Shown piece after piece: positions 26,382-41,000 of a DNA stretch of 64,000 bases. The notes below the pieces were generated by a model, which was not told the origin of the DNA, made no database searches, and saw only the letters and a program-made list of their open reading frames with translations. Made by a program: the position numbers and the translations under genes. Position 1 is the first letter of the stretch; each line of letters begins with the position of its first letter. The DNA is from a virus: positions 8,132-72,131 of IMG/VR virus record IMGVR_UViG_3300033145_002388; one strand, written 5' to 3'.

Positions 26382-27371
26382 ATGTCCTTAATAGCTGAAC
26401 TTAATTCTGCGACTTTAAAGTATTATTCTCCGGTAGTCGTTGATCAGATCTTTAAATATTCTCCTTTACTCTATCGCATTTTTAAAATTGCGAAAGAAGG
26501 TAATTGGGGGATGGCTCAGACAACTAGTGGTGGACGAAAAATTGCTGAACCCCTTGAATATCAAGAAGCTGCGCAAGCCAGTAATTCTCATGGTTCTTAT
26601 GATTCAAGTGATACTTGGGCTGCTGATGATCAAGATGTATTGACTCTAGCTGAATACAGTTGGAAGCAATATCATTCAACCATCAAAATTCCAAATCTCA
26701 CTGTTTCAGAGAATGCTGGTAAAGCTAGAATTTTTGATATTGCTGCAATCAAGTTGAAGAATGCTGCTAAAACTTTGAGAAAAGATTTGGCAACTGATCT
26801 TTTTGGAGATAATACTGGTGAAAGTGGAAAAAATATTTTAGGCTTACAAGCACTAGTCGCTGCAACAGGTACTGTTGGTGGAATTGATAAAAGTAGTTAT
26901 TCTTGGTGGCAGGGAAAGGTAAATACAACTGGCGGAATTCTTGACTGGTCGATCTTAAATGATCTCTATGTTGGGACAAAACGCTATGGTGATGGAGTTC
27001 CTCTTTCTATTATTGTATGCTCAGATGGAGTTATGCAAAAATATGAAGATACTTATTCCAAAGTTGTGTCTGCTACTAATTCAGGAGTTAGATTAACCCT
27101 AGGTAGTAAAGTTTTAGATGGTGGTTTTCGCGCTTTTTCTTTTAAAGGTATTCCAATCGTAAGTGATCCATTCTGTGGTTCTGGGCTTTTGTTCGGATTA
27201 ACAGAACAATTCTTGCATGCTAGAATTTTAAAACAATTCGGAACCCAAGGTTGGAAATCAATTGAAGATCAAGGCAAAGATTATCTTCAAGCAACTTATA
27301 AAGGTTATTTGGCCTTTACTTCAAGTTGTGCTAGAAAGCAGTCAATGGCTAGTGGCTTGACAGAAGCATAG
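26382..27371 (+). CDS. Major capsid protein (HK97 fold)
   Basis: LKYYSPVVVDQIF, GGRKIAEPLEY, AEYSWKQY, GGIDKSSYSWWQ and GFRAFSFKGIPIVSDPFC; followed by a strong terminator. Confidence 0.88.
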   Translation: MSLIAELNSATLKYYSPVVVDQIFKYSPLLYRIFKIAKEGNWGMAQTTSGGRKIAEPLEYQEAAQASNSHGSYDSSDTWAADDQDVLTLAEYSWKQYHSTIKIPNLTVSENAGKARIFDIAAIKLKNAAKTLRKDLATDLFGDNTGESGKNILGLQALVAATGTVGGIDKSSYSWWQGKVNTTGGILDWSILNDLYVGTKRYGDGVPLSIIVCSDGVMQKYEDTYSKVVSATNSGVRLTLGSKVLDGGFRAFSFKGIPIVSDPFCGSGLLFGLTEQFLHARILKQFGTQGWKSIEDQGKDYLQATYKGYLAFTSSCARKQSMASGLTEA

Positions 27372-27389
27372 ACATAATCTGAATTTGAT

Positions 27390-27427
27390 AAGGAGACAAG
27401 ACTTTATGTACTTGTCTCCTTTGTTTT
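27390..27427 (+). terminator. Intrinsic terminator after the major capsid gene
   Basis: AAGGAGACAAG / CTTGTCTCCTT stem followed by TGTTTT. Confidence 0.85.
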
Positions 27428-27910
27428 ATGAAAAGAAAAAATTATTGTTATATAACTTGGTATCATCCAAATTTAAAGAATAGACAAGATCTATTAAACT
27501 TAAAAAATTTATTTGTTCTTTTTCAAAATAATCATCAGAGTTTAGTTAATTTTAAATGTAAAAAATTTTTAACTTTAATAGAGGATAAATCTGTAGCTAT
27601 GAATACTCTTATGAATTATTTAAAGGAACAATATTTTTGGGCTATTATATTTCATCCTAATGTTAAAGTTGATTTATCAAAAGTAGAATTTCCTAAAGTT
27701 TCCAGAGTTTTTTATTCTAATGGTTTAGATTGGCAAAATTTTTCTCGAGAATTTAATGCATTACATTTTGCATTTGTTACTAGAACACAAGGTTTTTTGC
27801 CATGGAATTCATTTAAATTTCAATCTGATTCACAAGATAGTTTAATAACTTCAATTAAATATTCTAAGATGGCTAAGAGAATAGATCCATTTTGGAAATT
27901 AATTAATTAA
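27428..27910 (+). CDS. Hypothetical protein
   Basis: ORF only. Confidence 0.55.
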   Translation: MKRKNYCYITWYHPNLKNRQDLLNLKNLFVLFQNNHQSLVNFKCKKFLTLIEDKSVAMNTLMNYLKEQYFWAIIFHPNVKVDLSKVEFPKVSRVFYSNGLDWQNFSREFNALHFAFVTRTQGFLPWNSFKFQSDSQDSLITSIKYSKMAKRIDPFWKLIN

Positions 27911-27919
27911 AAAAATCTT

Positions 27920-28381
27920 ATGATAAATGTATTTATATTTCCTACTAATAAAGAAAGTTCTAAATTTTTTAAGGAATATTTAAAAACTAAAAAGATTAAT
28001 ATTGTTACTCCTTCATTTAAGAAAATTCATGTTATTCATTTTTTTAATTGTAGATTGGGAGAAATAGTAAAACAAATTAAAATTCATAAACCTAATTTAG
28101 TTGTTTTACATTCTAAACATTATCCAAGAATAGCTTATAATATTCCTTATATTTATATGCCAATTACTAAGAAAAAACATTTTTATAATTTAGTTACTGT
28201 TTATACTAATAATAAGTCTCTGTCCACCCTCTACTTAAATAAATTACAGATTACTTATAATTTAAAAATGTTTACTTCAGAAGCAACTTATTCTAAAAAT
28301 TTTAGATTAGTTCTTTTAAATATTTCTAAAAATTTTAAATCCAAATTATATAAATTTAAAAGTAAGCTTTTAATAGCATGA
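27920..28381 (+). CDS. Hypothetical basic protein
   Basis: ORF only; weak resemblance to a GT-B N-terminal fragment. Confidence 0.5.
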   Translation: MINVFIFPTNKESSKFFKEYLKTKKINIVTPSFKKIHVIHFFNCRLGEIVKQIKIHKPNLVVLHSKHYPRIAYNIPYIYMPITKKKHFYNLVTVYTNNKSLSTLYLNKLQITYNLKMFTSEATYSKNFRLVLLNISKNFKSKLYKFKSKLLIA

Positions 28382-29049
28382 GAGGTTCATATGAAATTGT
28401 TCTTTATATAGACGAAGATAAATTTTATATAAAGAGATGGATTAAATGTTTTCATAATATTCGATATTTAAGTATTAAAGAAAGGATTAAATATATTAGA
28501 TCTTGGGGGACTCCATCAATTAGTATTCTATTTAAGAATGCAGATTTAAATAGATTTAGTTGGATAATAAGAAAGTATAAATTTTATCCTAGTTATGTTA
28601 GAATTTATTTTGGGGTTACTTTAGCAGATTTTATAACAGATAAATTATTTAGTCCTCGAACCAAAGCAATTTTATTTATTCAAGCTCCAGTAAAATTTGC
28701 TAGTTCAAATCAGGATAGTCTAATTAAAGCTTCTCATTTTTTTTCTTGTATAATGTTTCCATTATTTAGAAGAAATTGGAGAAGTGCTAAATCTAAATAT
28801 CCCGAGCTTGACGCAATTTATAATGGTGGTAAGATAGATAATGATAATTGTTTTGAAGAAGTAGGAAAGAAATTAGGATTATCTTGTTGTTATTTTCAAT
28901 CTGATTATAAAAAATTAATTCCAAAAAAACCATATTGTTTTGCAATTTGTAGAAGTGAATTAAAAAATTTAAAGTTAAATCTAGATGGTACTATAACACC
29001 AACTAAAAATAAAAGAGTTTTACTAGATAATTTTTATGACGTTATTTAA
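28378..29049 (+). CDS. Hypothetical protein
   Basis: ORF overlapping both neighbours. Confidence 0.55.
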   Translation: MRGSYEIVLYIDEDKFYIKRWIKCFHNIRYLSIKERIKYIRSWGTPSISILFKNADLNRFSWIIRKYKFYPSYVRIYFGVTLADFITDKLFSPRTKAILFIQAPVKFASSNQDSLIKASHFFSCIMFPLFRRNWRSAKSKYPELDAIYNGGKIDNDNCFEEVGKKLGLSCCYFQSDYKKLIPKKPYCFAICRSELKNLKLNLDGTITPTKNKRVLLDNFYDVI

Positions 29050-32000
29050 GTTGTTTAAAGAACAAAACTTGAGTCTACCTTCAGTAGAAAGAAGGAAACA
29101 GCTATACTCAAGATATAAGCTAGGCACAGATTATAAAGGATCTTTTGAACAGAATACTTTACTTTCTAAAGCTATTAAAAAAGATCCAAGAGAATTTAAT
29201 ATTTTTGTTAATGCTTTAAAGTTTCCTTTAGCTCCAACTATAATTAAATCATCTCCTGTTAAGTCTAAAGTTAAATCTGTAGCAAAACTAGAACCTGTAA
29301 AGATTTCTAAATCCTTAAAGAAAGAATCATTTGAATATGATCGTTTGACTCCTGGTAAAACCGTAGGAGATTGGCTTAAAGCAAAGAAAATAAAATTTGA
29401 GGACTTTCAAAAACTTAATCCCGCTTATAAAACCCAGGATTTTAAAGTTGAGAGTCCTTTTAAAGTTAAGATTCCTAAATTAGATTCTGTTTTAATTAAA
29501 GAATTTCCAAAAGTAAAAGAAATTCTTGATAAAAAATCAGGAGAAATTAAAGATCCTGCTGATATTCAGAAGATTTTAAGACAATCAATATCCAATTTAT
29601 TAATAGGTGGCATTAAAGCATTGCCAGAAATTATTGTTAAGGGAAAAAATTTACTTCCAGCTTATACTAAAAATATTTCTGAGGGTATTAAACAAACTAA
29701 AATATCTGTTGATAAAAAAAATTTAGCTACTGATCTTGGTCAAAAAGAAAAAGCTTATGCTGCTAATTGGGATCCTGTTAAAATATTAGACACAACAGCG
29801 AAAACTGTTATTTCTTTGTCAGTTATGAAGAAAGGTTTCCGACCGATTTCCAGTGATTTAATTTCATTAATTAAAAAATCACAAAAATTAAAATTAAAGG
29901 AAAAGCAAGAAAAAGAAAGAAAATTAGTAATTCCTTCCGTTGAAGATTTTTTAGCTGGGGAAAAAATAGATTTATCTTCAGAAGAAAAAAAGATTATTAC
30001 TAAACCAAAAGAAGAAAATGAAAGTCCAGAATATACTACTGCTAGATTAAAAAATATTATTTCTAAATTAGATTCTATTAAAAAAGATATTCAATTACAA
30101 CAATCAAATTTAAAAGCCGAAGATAGTTCCATTATTGGCCTTATTAACAAGGAGGGAAAATTTTTACCTTGGGAAACTTTAGAAAAAGATACAGGATTGG
30201 CAAAAAATCTTCAATCTGAAATAGAAGCAATGAGTAAAAAAATTGGTCCTGCTACTAATAGAATGCAAGAGAATACTAATGAATCTATTAAGTGGCAAAA
30301 TATTCTTTTTAAAAATTTAGATAAATATTCTGATGTTATATTTAATTTAATTTCAGATCCAGAAGTTATAAAGGATCCAACAATTTTAACAAAGGTTCAG
30401 ACATGGTTTCCAAATCGTGAAAGTTTTTTATTGGGAGTAACTAAATCTCCCACTGATGTTTTGGTTTCTACGCCTGAAGTTAAGAAATTACAAAAAGAAA
30501 TGGAGAGTCTTTTAACACCAGAGATGAAAGAAATTATTGATAATGCTTCTAAATTAGATCCTGAAAATGATGAACAAGCTGATAAATTTTGGTTAGGATT
30601 AAGTTTGGATCAACAAAAATCCTATCAGAGATTAATGACTCTGAATCGTTTAATTGGGGAAAAAGATGATGCAACCAAACTTCAAAAAACCTGGGCTTTA
30701 TTAGAAGATCCTTATTTTCAAAAAACAATTTTAGAAAGTGCTAAATATTTATCTGAAGATCAAAAGAAAATTATCCAGCCTGTTATAGAAATTGCTAAGT
30801 TAAATGCAGAAAGAACTATCTTATGGCCAAAAGTAGATAATGAAATGAAATCTCAAACAGAAGAAATAAAAAATAAATATACTGAGTATCAAAAATTAGT
30901 TGAAGGAATTAATCAAAGAATAGTAGCTTTGGGTGATCCTAAAAAACAGGGCACACTTGCTCATTGGTTAGTTGATTACGGTGATGCTATTCATGAGTAT
31001 CAAAAAAGTTTATTAAAAGCTGAACTTAAGTCAGAAAAAAAAGTTGCTGAATTTCAGGATGCATATATTGAAGCTAGAAGTTTTAAATCTGTATCTAGGA
31101 ATTTCATGAATGCAATTACTTCTTTCTTGAAGAATCATAGTTGGGAAATAAAAGCTGAAGATGAAAAAGGTTTCTTTTTAAAACTTAGAAAAAGTCAAGA
31201 AGAAATTTTAGCCAAGGATAAATTAAAAATAATGAGTCAAGTTGTTTTTCCTACTGGTTTTAAAAATTATTTTATAGAAGGAGGCTATAAATATGATCTT
31301 CCTATAGCCATTACTCCAATTGGATATGAAGTCACAAAGAATGCTTTTTCTGGATTACAATGGATCTGGGATAGAACCTTGCCAGCTGCTGAGGTTGCTG
31401 TTACTGCTTTATCTCAAATAGGTTCAACTTTTTATCAAACAGTTTTAGAAGAAACGGGGGATTTGTGGGGTATGGAAAGAAAAAAAGTAGAAGAGTTAAC
31501 TACAATTGGAGAATTTCCTTTTAAAGAAAAAAATTTAGTAAGTAAATTATGGAATTTAAATTGTTTTAATTTTTTTAATTTATATGATGCTGCCAATTTA
31601 ACTGATTTACAAAAGATTGCACCTGGTAAACGATTTGAAATTCAAAATCTTCCTAAATGGATAGATTTAAAAAAGGGCGGTTATCTTCCAACTCTTTATT
31701 CAAATTATAGACATCCTCGTTCTTATCAAGAAATTATGATAAAAAGCAGAATGAAAGCAGTTGAGGTTTTACCTTCTGAATTTAAAATTATTCAAGAAGA
31801 ATTTTTAAGCTTAAATAATCTGAACAAGGATAGTGTTCTTAGTATTGGCGATAGGATTTTAATTCCAACTCAGGGTTATATTGCGCCTAGAAATTTAATT
31901 AAACCTAATGAAAGAACAAAAATGGAGCAAACATCAGATGGTAGATTAGCTTTGCTTGCAATAGATTTTATAGGATGGGGCTTTCTTGACCCTACTTCAA

Positions 32001-35000
32001 TTTTTTGGACTAGAATAGGATCCTTGTCTAAATCAATTTTTAAAAATATTTGTCCTCAACTTTATAATCAATTAAAGACTCGTAAAGATTTATATAAATT
32101 TGCAAATGAATATTCTAGGGCTAGTGATTTAGCAGAGGATTTAATGAGTTTTGCTTCTTTAGATGCCATACCTGGGGGCAAATTTAAAGAAATGTTTCCC
32201 TCTTTGATTAATAGTCGTAAAGCTTTTATGAGCTTAAAAGTTTTAGATAATTTAGATCCAAAAGTTTTAGCTAAGATTGAGAAGTATGCGCAAGAAGGAG
32301 AATTATGGAGAAGTGGATATTTTTCAAAGTTGTTTATTGACAATGTAAAAACTAAAGTTGGGAAGGACAAACTTAAAACATTTCAAGATTCTTTAAGGGC
32401 TTTAATGTTAGAAGGAAAGATTCCTGCTGCTTCTGATAATTTAGTTTGGGAAGTTTTAAATCAATTTGGTGGTAACGGATTTGATTTAATTAAACAGATT
32501 GCAAATAATGGTCCGAAAGCTTTAGAGATTGGTTTGAATAAAGTTGTAAAAAATTATCATTCAGCAAGGTTAAGAGAATATTTACTTAAGAAAAATTTAG
32601 ATAAAACTTTATATGGACTTTCTCCGTTAGAAAGAAATCAGGTTTTAAATTTATCTCAGAAGACTGAAGCTCAAATTACTAAAGAATTAAATTTAATGAG
32701 AGAACTTGGGAAGGGAAAAACATTTAAAGAAAGATTTCTTATTCGGCCAGAATTTACCCCCAAATCTATAAATAAAATTGAGCAAGCTGTTAAGCAAACT
32801 AAAATAAATTTACTCAATGCAGAAAAGATTTTAAAGGAAAGTAAGGTTACTATTAATTTACCTGATAGCTATAAGATTTTATATAATCTTAAGAAAGAAG
32901 GGAAAAATTATTTTGATATAGTTAATAAGCAATTTGTAGTAGAACAGTTAGGAAAGAGAGGGGTACCGGGCTTAATTAAGGATTGGTATAGTCAAGTTGG
33001 TACAAAGTTAGTAACTTATCTTGATAATATTACAGGTTATTTTTCTGAAAGTACTTTAATGGCTAGAAAAAATTTAACTTATTCTGAAATAGTTAATGGT
33101 ATTAAACAAGGGCATGGTGGCTTAGGTTTACGATTATTAGATACAGTTAGATTTAAAGATAAGGATATGACAGTTAGAGCTTTAATGAAAGAATTAGAAA
33201 AAGTAGCAAAGGGCCAAAAGTCAAAAGCTACATTTCTTTCTACTAAATGGCCTATTAAAATTCCATTACAAAAGAAACAATCTTCTTCTTTACTTGATGC
33301 AATTTATAAAAGTATAAAGTTTGATTCATTTAAAAATAAAGATTGGGTTGGAATGAATTCTTATAGTTTTAAAGAATTATTAGGTAAGGTTCAAAAGTTA
33401 GATAAAAATTTTGTGCCTGTTTCAAAAACTAAAGATGTTTATAATACTTTACCTTTGCAATGGTTTAATGCTAATAAAAATACTCAGGGCTATGCTGTAT
33501 TTGGCGGACTTCCATCTCGTCATGGAATGTCTAAAATAATTAAAGTAAAATCTAAAGAAAAATTAATTATTCAAGATCCAAAAGATTTTAAAGCTTATTT
33601 TGAAGAAGCAGTAAATCTTTATTTTTTACAAAAATATTCTCCATTAGAATATAAGCGTTATCAAGATGATTTAGTTCAGATGGTAAAAAGACAAACTGAT
33701 AAACAATTAAAAGCTTGGTTAACCCCTCAAGATAGAATTGCTTTACTTATTTTTGAAAATGAGAAAAAGGGAATTGCTTCTCTACCCAATTCTATTATAG
33801 ATTTATTTGAATCTTTAACAGGTAGCGCTGATGATATTAAAAGATCTATAACTTTATTTTTAAATAAAAGAATGGGATTAGAAAAAGAACAAATCCTTGC
33901 TTCAAAAAAAGCTGAATTAATTAAATCTTTTAAAGCTCATGGAATTAAAGAACCAGAAAGAGAATGGTTACTTTATAGAAGACGTTGGAATTTTGATTTA
34001 GTTATTAATCCTCAAGTTGAAGAGTTTGCAACAATTCATAATTTACTTTCAAAGTTTCCTATTTTAAGTTTCAAAAAAACTTCTAAATTAATTCCTGCTA
34101 AATATGTTACTAGATTAGAAAAAAATAGTTATCCATTTAGAAGCAGATATCCTAGTGAAATTGATAGATTGTTTTATGAAATTCAACAGGGGGGTCGAAA
34201 AAGATTCTCGGAAATTATTTCCGAAAAAAAATCTTTACCTCAGAAAATAGAAGAGATAAAGAATATCAAAGCTGAAACCTTAAATATTCAAGCTAATAAT
34301 TTTTTATTTTGTCCTTCTGCTTCCAAACTTCATACTGATAGAGATATTAGATTAGCTGTACAAAAATATGGAAGTCGTGGGAATTTTATTATTCCAGGTG
34401 ATTATAAAAATGCTGAGTATGCTAGAAAGAAATTTGAAACTTATTTGCCACAAGGAAGAGCTAAAGTACTAAAAAAAGATTTTCAAAAAGGTAGTCAAAC
34501 TCAGTTTGTTTTAAATCAACCTCAATTTATAGATGATCTTAAAAATGTAAATCAATTAGATGAAATGACTTTGGGAGGAGTAATTCCTGAAAAAAAGTTA
34601 GCTGAATTTTGGGCTCAAATTCCAGAAGATCTTCCTAGCAGAAAAATTTTTAAAACTGGAAAATATTATCCCTCAGAAACTATTGGTGCTGGGGTTAGGG
34701 CTAGTAAATTAAAAAAACTTGAAGACCAATTTGGAAAAAAAATTGCTAAACAAAAAATGGCAGATATTGAAAAAACAATGGCTGAACAAAAAAAATATTG
34801 GCTTCCTCAAAAAAAGTACAGTCTTGGTTATGATTATGATGCAATAGATGATATTCAAAAGAATATAAATTTTGTAATGAAAGATGTTAATGATCCAATA
34901 GCTAAAGAATTTAAAAGTTGGATTAGATACGAAGAATTAGAAGAGTTAGAAAAAAATCATAAAGGAATGGTTATAGAAATATTTGAAATACTAAGTGCAA

Positions 35001-38000
35001 AAAAACGAGTTCTTAATTCCATTTTTTCTTCTAAAGAATTTTATGTACAAAAAAATAATATAGTCTTTACTTCATTAAAAGGAGTACCGCTTGATACCAC
35101 AATCGCAATCGGTTTTACTAAGGGCAAAGTTTTAGGAAAACCTAGAGCTTTAATGGCTAACCAGGTTAAAGCTTATGTAAAAGATATTGCTTATAAGAAT
35201 AATTTATCTAAAGCTGAATGGCCAAAAGATATGAGTTTCAATAAAGTTTCTGATGATATTAAGAAAGCTTTTTATTTGAATAAATACAATACTAGAGAGC
35301 AATTTAGAAAAGGATTTAAAGAAGTTATTAAACCAGTTAAAAAAGGAAAAACAGACAAAGCATTAAATAAATTAATGAGAGATTTAGATTTAGAAAAAAA
35401 AGGAATTGTTTATTCTAAATTAGATAGATATTTTACAGATCAAGTTAAAAATTTATATACTATAGAAGAGAGAGGAAGTTTTCTTGGAACAATTAAAACT
35501 GAATTAGAATTAGCTAAGAAAAATCTTAACTTTTTAAATTTAGGTTATAAGAAATTAATTTCTGCTAAAAAATCTGGAAAGAAATATATCTATTTAAAAA
35601 AACAAAATGTTTGGGTTAAGGGTGAAAAACCTGGCCCGATTATGAAAGATTATGTTAAAGATGAAAGTATACTTTGGAAACCAACTCAAACTTTAATTCC
35701 CGAAGGTTTTCAATCGAGGGGAGAAATTACTTCTAAGATGTTAATGTCTGAAAATATTTTAACTAAATCTAGAGGCACTGAAAAAATTAGTATTGATAAT
35801 GCAATTAAAAGTATAGCAATTGATTTACAAAAACAAAGACAATATGTTCCTAAAGTAGAAAGTCTGGAAAGAGTCTTTGGATTATTTAATTTTAAATCTG
35901 AATATATTAAAAATTTGGATGATTTTATAGATGCTTTGTGGGATATTTCACATAAGAATCCTTCATCTAAAGCAACTGGTTTAGTTGGGGAATGGAGAAC
36001 TAACTTTATAATTAATTCAAGAGGACCAAATGTTTTAAGACCTAGTCTTATAGATTTAAAGAAACATAAATTAAAAATAGCTGAGATTAAAGCTTATCCA
36101 ATTCCAAAACTTACAAAATTTATTGAGTCTCAACAAATAGCAAATGTTAAATTTCCGATTTCTATGAGTAAAGAAGCTGCATCTCTTAAGACTCTTAGAC
36201 ATTTTAATACTAATATTATAGTTGCAGTAGATTTAAAAATTCCTATAGAAATTTCAAGTAAATATAAAACTATTTGGAAATCAAATTCTAGAAACTTTTT
36301 TCCTATTGGCTCTAAGTTCGCTACTAAAGAAGAAATTAATTTAACTCGAAAAGTTAGAGATGCTTTTTTTAATAAAAAGAAGGTAGTTTTTGTAGGAGAA
36401 AATGCTGATTTAGTTAGATTAAGAGTCTTGTCTTTATTTCCTCCAGAGGAATTTGCTACATATAAAGGATTGTTTACTTTAAAAAGAATTCCAGCAATGA
36501 GAACTAAAACTTATCCTGGTTATACGTGGGAATTTAGAAAAGGAAAGAGACCAATTTTAATGAATGAAACAGAAAAGAAATTGTTAACTGAAATTCTTCC
36601 AAAAAAAGATTGGGATGATTTAGTTAGTTACCTTAAAAGTCCTGGCATTCCTAGAACAGTTGAAGAGATTCCTGCCGAACAAACAAAGAGATTGGTTGCA
36701 GATTTCTTATCTGATCTAGAAAACTCTATTAAAATTTCTCCTGATTATAATAAGTTTTGGATTAGTAAAACCAGGAAAGCAATTGGCAGTAAAGTTAAAC
36801 ATGTTAAGGTTGAATTACCCACAATGTTATCTTTTTCTGATATTGAAAATCTAGGTTTACTTAAAAATGCTGGAGTAAATTTATATATTGAAAGAGTTTC
36901 AGGAATGAGAGAAGCTGCTCTAAAACAATTAAGACATGAAGGAATAAATCCTAAATTAATTAGCTCAGCTAAAGCAAAACAAATTCATTATTCTTATGTT
37001 AAAGGAAAAAAGGGAGCTGGTCAAATTTACGAAAAAATTCAAGGTTTAAAATCAAATGTTTTTGATGGAATAAAAAAAGATCTTAATATTTTTTTTAAGG
37101 ATTTTAAAAAAGTTATTCCTGTTTCTGCTATTGATCGTGGAACTTTAAGAAAAAGCACATATGAATGGTTAGATAATGCTTATGCATTAAAAGGAAAAAA
37201 GGATTTAATAACTCAATGGAAAGGAACTTCAAAAATTCTTACTAGAGAATTTCGAGATAATTTAGAAAATGTCTTATTAAAAGAATTTGGAACTTTAAAT
37301 AATAAGGTTGCTCAAAATATCTTAGCTAGAAAGATGTCTAAGTTTGATGATTATCTTAAATTAGCAGAAGAAATGAAATTAGGTTTTGGGGGTCAGAAAA
37401 GATTATCTTTTTACTCTATCGGAAATAAACTTAAAGCTTTAATCAATTCAGGATTTGAATGGGTTGCAGAAAAAAAAGTTGGTACTCCTTTAACTATGGG
37501 GGAAAAAGGAATGATTTTAACCCTACAAGCATTGGATAAAACTATAAAAACTACTGATTTAATGATATCACTTCCACTTAGAACCTTAAGAACTATGTGG
37601 ATATGGGGAGTTTTATTTTTAAGACCTGGTTGGCATTTAAATAATATGTTGGGAGATAGTTTAAGGGGTACCATGGCCTCACATGACCTTAAATATTTTA
37701 TAGATTCATCTAGACAATTTAGTTTATTAACAACATCTTATCTTAAATTTTTAGGAAGAGATATTCGTAGTTTATTTTATCCTCTTTATCGAAATTTTAT
37801 TCCAACCAAATTAAGAAAGTTTAATTTATTTAAAGATCCTTTAAAGGTTAGTAGGAATGAAATGAGGAAAGTTTTAAAGCAAACTGTTGCTCCTAATACT
37901 GTTAAGAATAAGAGAAGATTAAAACTTTTGTTAAAGAATTATGATCTTACTTTTAATCCTAAAACCATTAGATTACTTCATGCAAAAAGTCCAATAAGCT

Positions 38001-41000
38001 GGGCACCTAAAAAAGTTTTTAAAAGTTTATCTAGTCCGCAATACTGGTCTAGAAAATATAAGATTCCCATGAGTTCAGTAGAACAAGCTGCTCATATGGG
38101 AATGTTAACTGCGTTAGAAGATCCTATTTATGCTTCAAAATTATGGAAGTTAATGGCAGAAACTGGAATCAAATCAGCTATTAAGAAACGTGCTACATTA
38201 TTAAAATTAGATATAACTCTTTATGCAAATATAAACGAGAAGATGCGAAGACTTTTATTGCTAGATAGTTTAATGAAAAATAAAGCAATGAGTTTAGCCA
38301 AGGCTTCTATGCGAGTTAAAAGTTATATTTTTGATTATTCTCATTTATCTCGAGCAGAAAGAGTTTTTAGAATTATTTGTCCATTTTGGTCATTTAGTAG
38401 ATTTAGTGTTGAGCTTTATACTAAAATACTTTTAAAAGAAGGCCCAAAATTTTATTGGGCTGGAAAGTTTTTTATTGAAGCTTTAGATGAAGTTTCTAAA
38501 AATTTACCAGAGCAATTTAAAAACAGAATTCCTATTCCATTTACTGGAACCTTTGCTTATTTGCCTTTTGGTATAATTGATTATTGGAGAATGATGGCTA
38601 ATCCCAAAGAAGAACTTTTAAGATTTGTAGATAATCCATTACAAATGCCTTTTGGATTAGGAATGGATCCTATGCTTGGTACAACTACTGCGTTATTAAT
38701 TAAAAGAAAATGGTATGAAACTTCTAGAATTTTAAAAGATAATACTGGATGGACTGATGAACAAATAAAAAAAGAAATGGATAAATTTGGAGCTCCTAAT
38801 TTAAATATGTTAATTGATTTTCCTACCTTTCTTTCTAATTATTTTCCACCTGCAGCAATTGCCGGGATAGTGTTTCCTAGTTTATTTAAAGTTGATCGTG
38901 CTACTATAGAAGATGAATTTTCTGTAATTCAATCTACTACGCTTAGATCATTATTTAAATGGTTTGGTTTTAATATTTTAAAAGAAGAACCTTGGATGGA
39001 ATTTGGAAATCTCTATGAAAAAACCGCGCCCCATCTTAGACCTTTCCTTATAGAAAAAACTAAGAAAGAAAATCCTTTTATATATGAAGCTTGGGAGAAT
39101 TTTATAGCTAAGACTAAGATGCTTAATCTTTTAAATGCTAGGACTCCCGATGAAAAAGTTCTTGCTATGCATGATTTAGAAAAGTTTGAGGTAGTTTCAA
39201 AGTATTATGAACTTGAAGAACAACATAAGGGCTATGGTACTAGATGGATAGAATCAATGGCGGCCAAAGGAAATATGGGTCCAAAGGCTTTACTTCAAGA
39301 ACACTTTAATTATGATATTAATGAAAGTAGCTGGCGGAGAGAACAAAAAGCTAAGTATGATAAAATGCAAGCTAAGATTTTCATGAAACAAGTAGAAAAA
39401 GAATTTGTTGCAAAAATTACTCCTACTACCGGAGCCGCGATGGATGTTTTAAATATTCCTCATCCTGATGTAGGATTTAAAGAAGCATTTGAATCACAGA
39501 TTTATGATGGGTATGGTAATGTACGTTTTGATACAGTTGATGAAGCAATTCAAGCTTCTAAAGAAATGGCTGAAAAATATAATTTAGATAATTTAGTTCC
39601 AGAAGAAATTAAAAGTAGAATAAATCAAGAATCTCAAGAGTGGAAATTAAGAAGTTGGGAAGCTAAAGAGCAAAAAAAATTAGAAGATTCAAAATATTAT
39701 GCTCAATTAGGAGTTGCTTATTCATATATTCCTGAAAATATTGATAAGCTTTCAGCTGAACAACAACGATTAGTTTACGCTAAACGAGATAAATATATTT
39801 CTGGAATGTCAAAAGAATTTCAATCAAGATGGAAAGAATCTCAACCAGAATATATACAACATTATAAGGAACTTTTAAATACTGCTTATGATCGAATTGG
39901 TTCTATCTATAAAAAATGTCAAATTTCTCCTTATGATAAAAATTATTATGTAGAATTTGAGAAGCTTCCTGAGTGGATAAAAAATTTACATTTTGTTTAT
40001 CATCCTGAAGACAAAGACATTATTCCATTTAAAGCGGAATTATTTAGAAGATTTCAAATAGATAGAAAACAAAATTTAAAAGGTTATAGCTCAAATAAAA
40101 GGGATAGTTTTTATTTTTCTAATGATTTAATTGCTATTAAGGGCAGAAAAGCAATAGCTAAAGATGATCCCGTGGCTTATGAATTTTCTAAATTAAGTCA
40201 GGATCTAAGTTATAAGGTTGATTTAAGTTATCAATCAGGTTCCTTGGTTGGTTATTATACTTTATTTAATACAATGCCAGCATGGTGGAAAGATAGATTT
40301 TGGGAGTTAAAAGAAGAGTCTGTTAAATCAGGTTGGTTATCAGAAGAAGATTATGATATGTCTAAAAAATGGTTTGAATTTAATTCTAGATTAGAAAAAG
40401 CTAAAATTAAAGATAGAGAAAATTTAGAAAATGGAATTATTTCTAATTTAAATGAAAAGATTTGGTTTGAAAAAAAATATAATGATGTTAAAAATTGGAA
40501 TGAAAAGAATGAAATGAATAAGGGATATAAACTTTATACTAGACTTCAATTTCAATTTAATAGGAAAGTAGAAAAAGAAGGTCCACAAAATTATTATTTA
40601 TTTGTAAAAAATCTTCCCGAAGAAGCTAAGCTATATTATTTGCGCCATCATTTAGACTCAATTCAGTATATTGATTTTATGGCTAAGTATAATCAGTTAT
40701 TTTTTGATAAGGAATTTATTGAAGATAGTGATGCTAAAGCTAATGATTTCTTTTGGGCTCCTGAAAATACTATTGCTAGAAATGTCTATTTTCAAACTCA
40801 TCCAAATGAAGAATATTATAGAAAGGAAAGAGAGCGAATTTTCGCTCTAGCTAATACTGCGGGAGAATATTATGATTTAATTCTTTCTGCTCCTCAAAAA
40901 TTTCAAGATATATATTTTAAAAAGCATCCATTAGCTAAACTCTATTTGTCAGAAGTTCAGAAATATTTTAAAGCTATTTCTATTGATGAAGAAAATAAAA

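Noticed and set aside
36148-37430. Half-sites of the 17-bp palindrome (AATTTCCGA near 36150; TCGGAAATAA near 37419)
   Set aside because: Only one arm is present, which is plausible by chance; not counted as sites.
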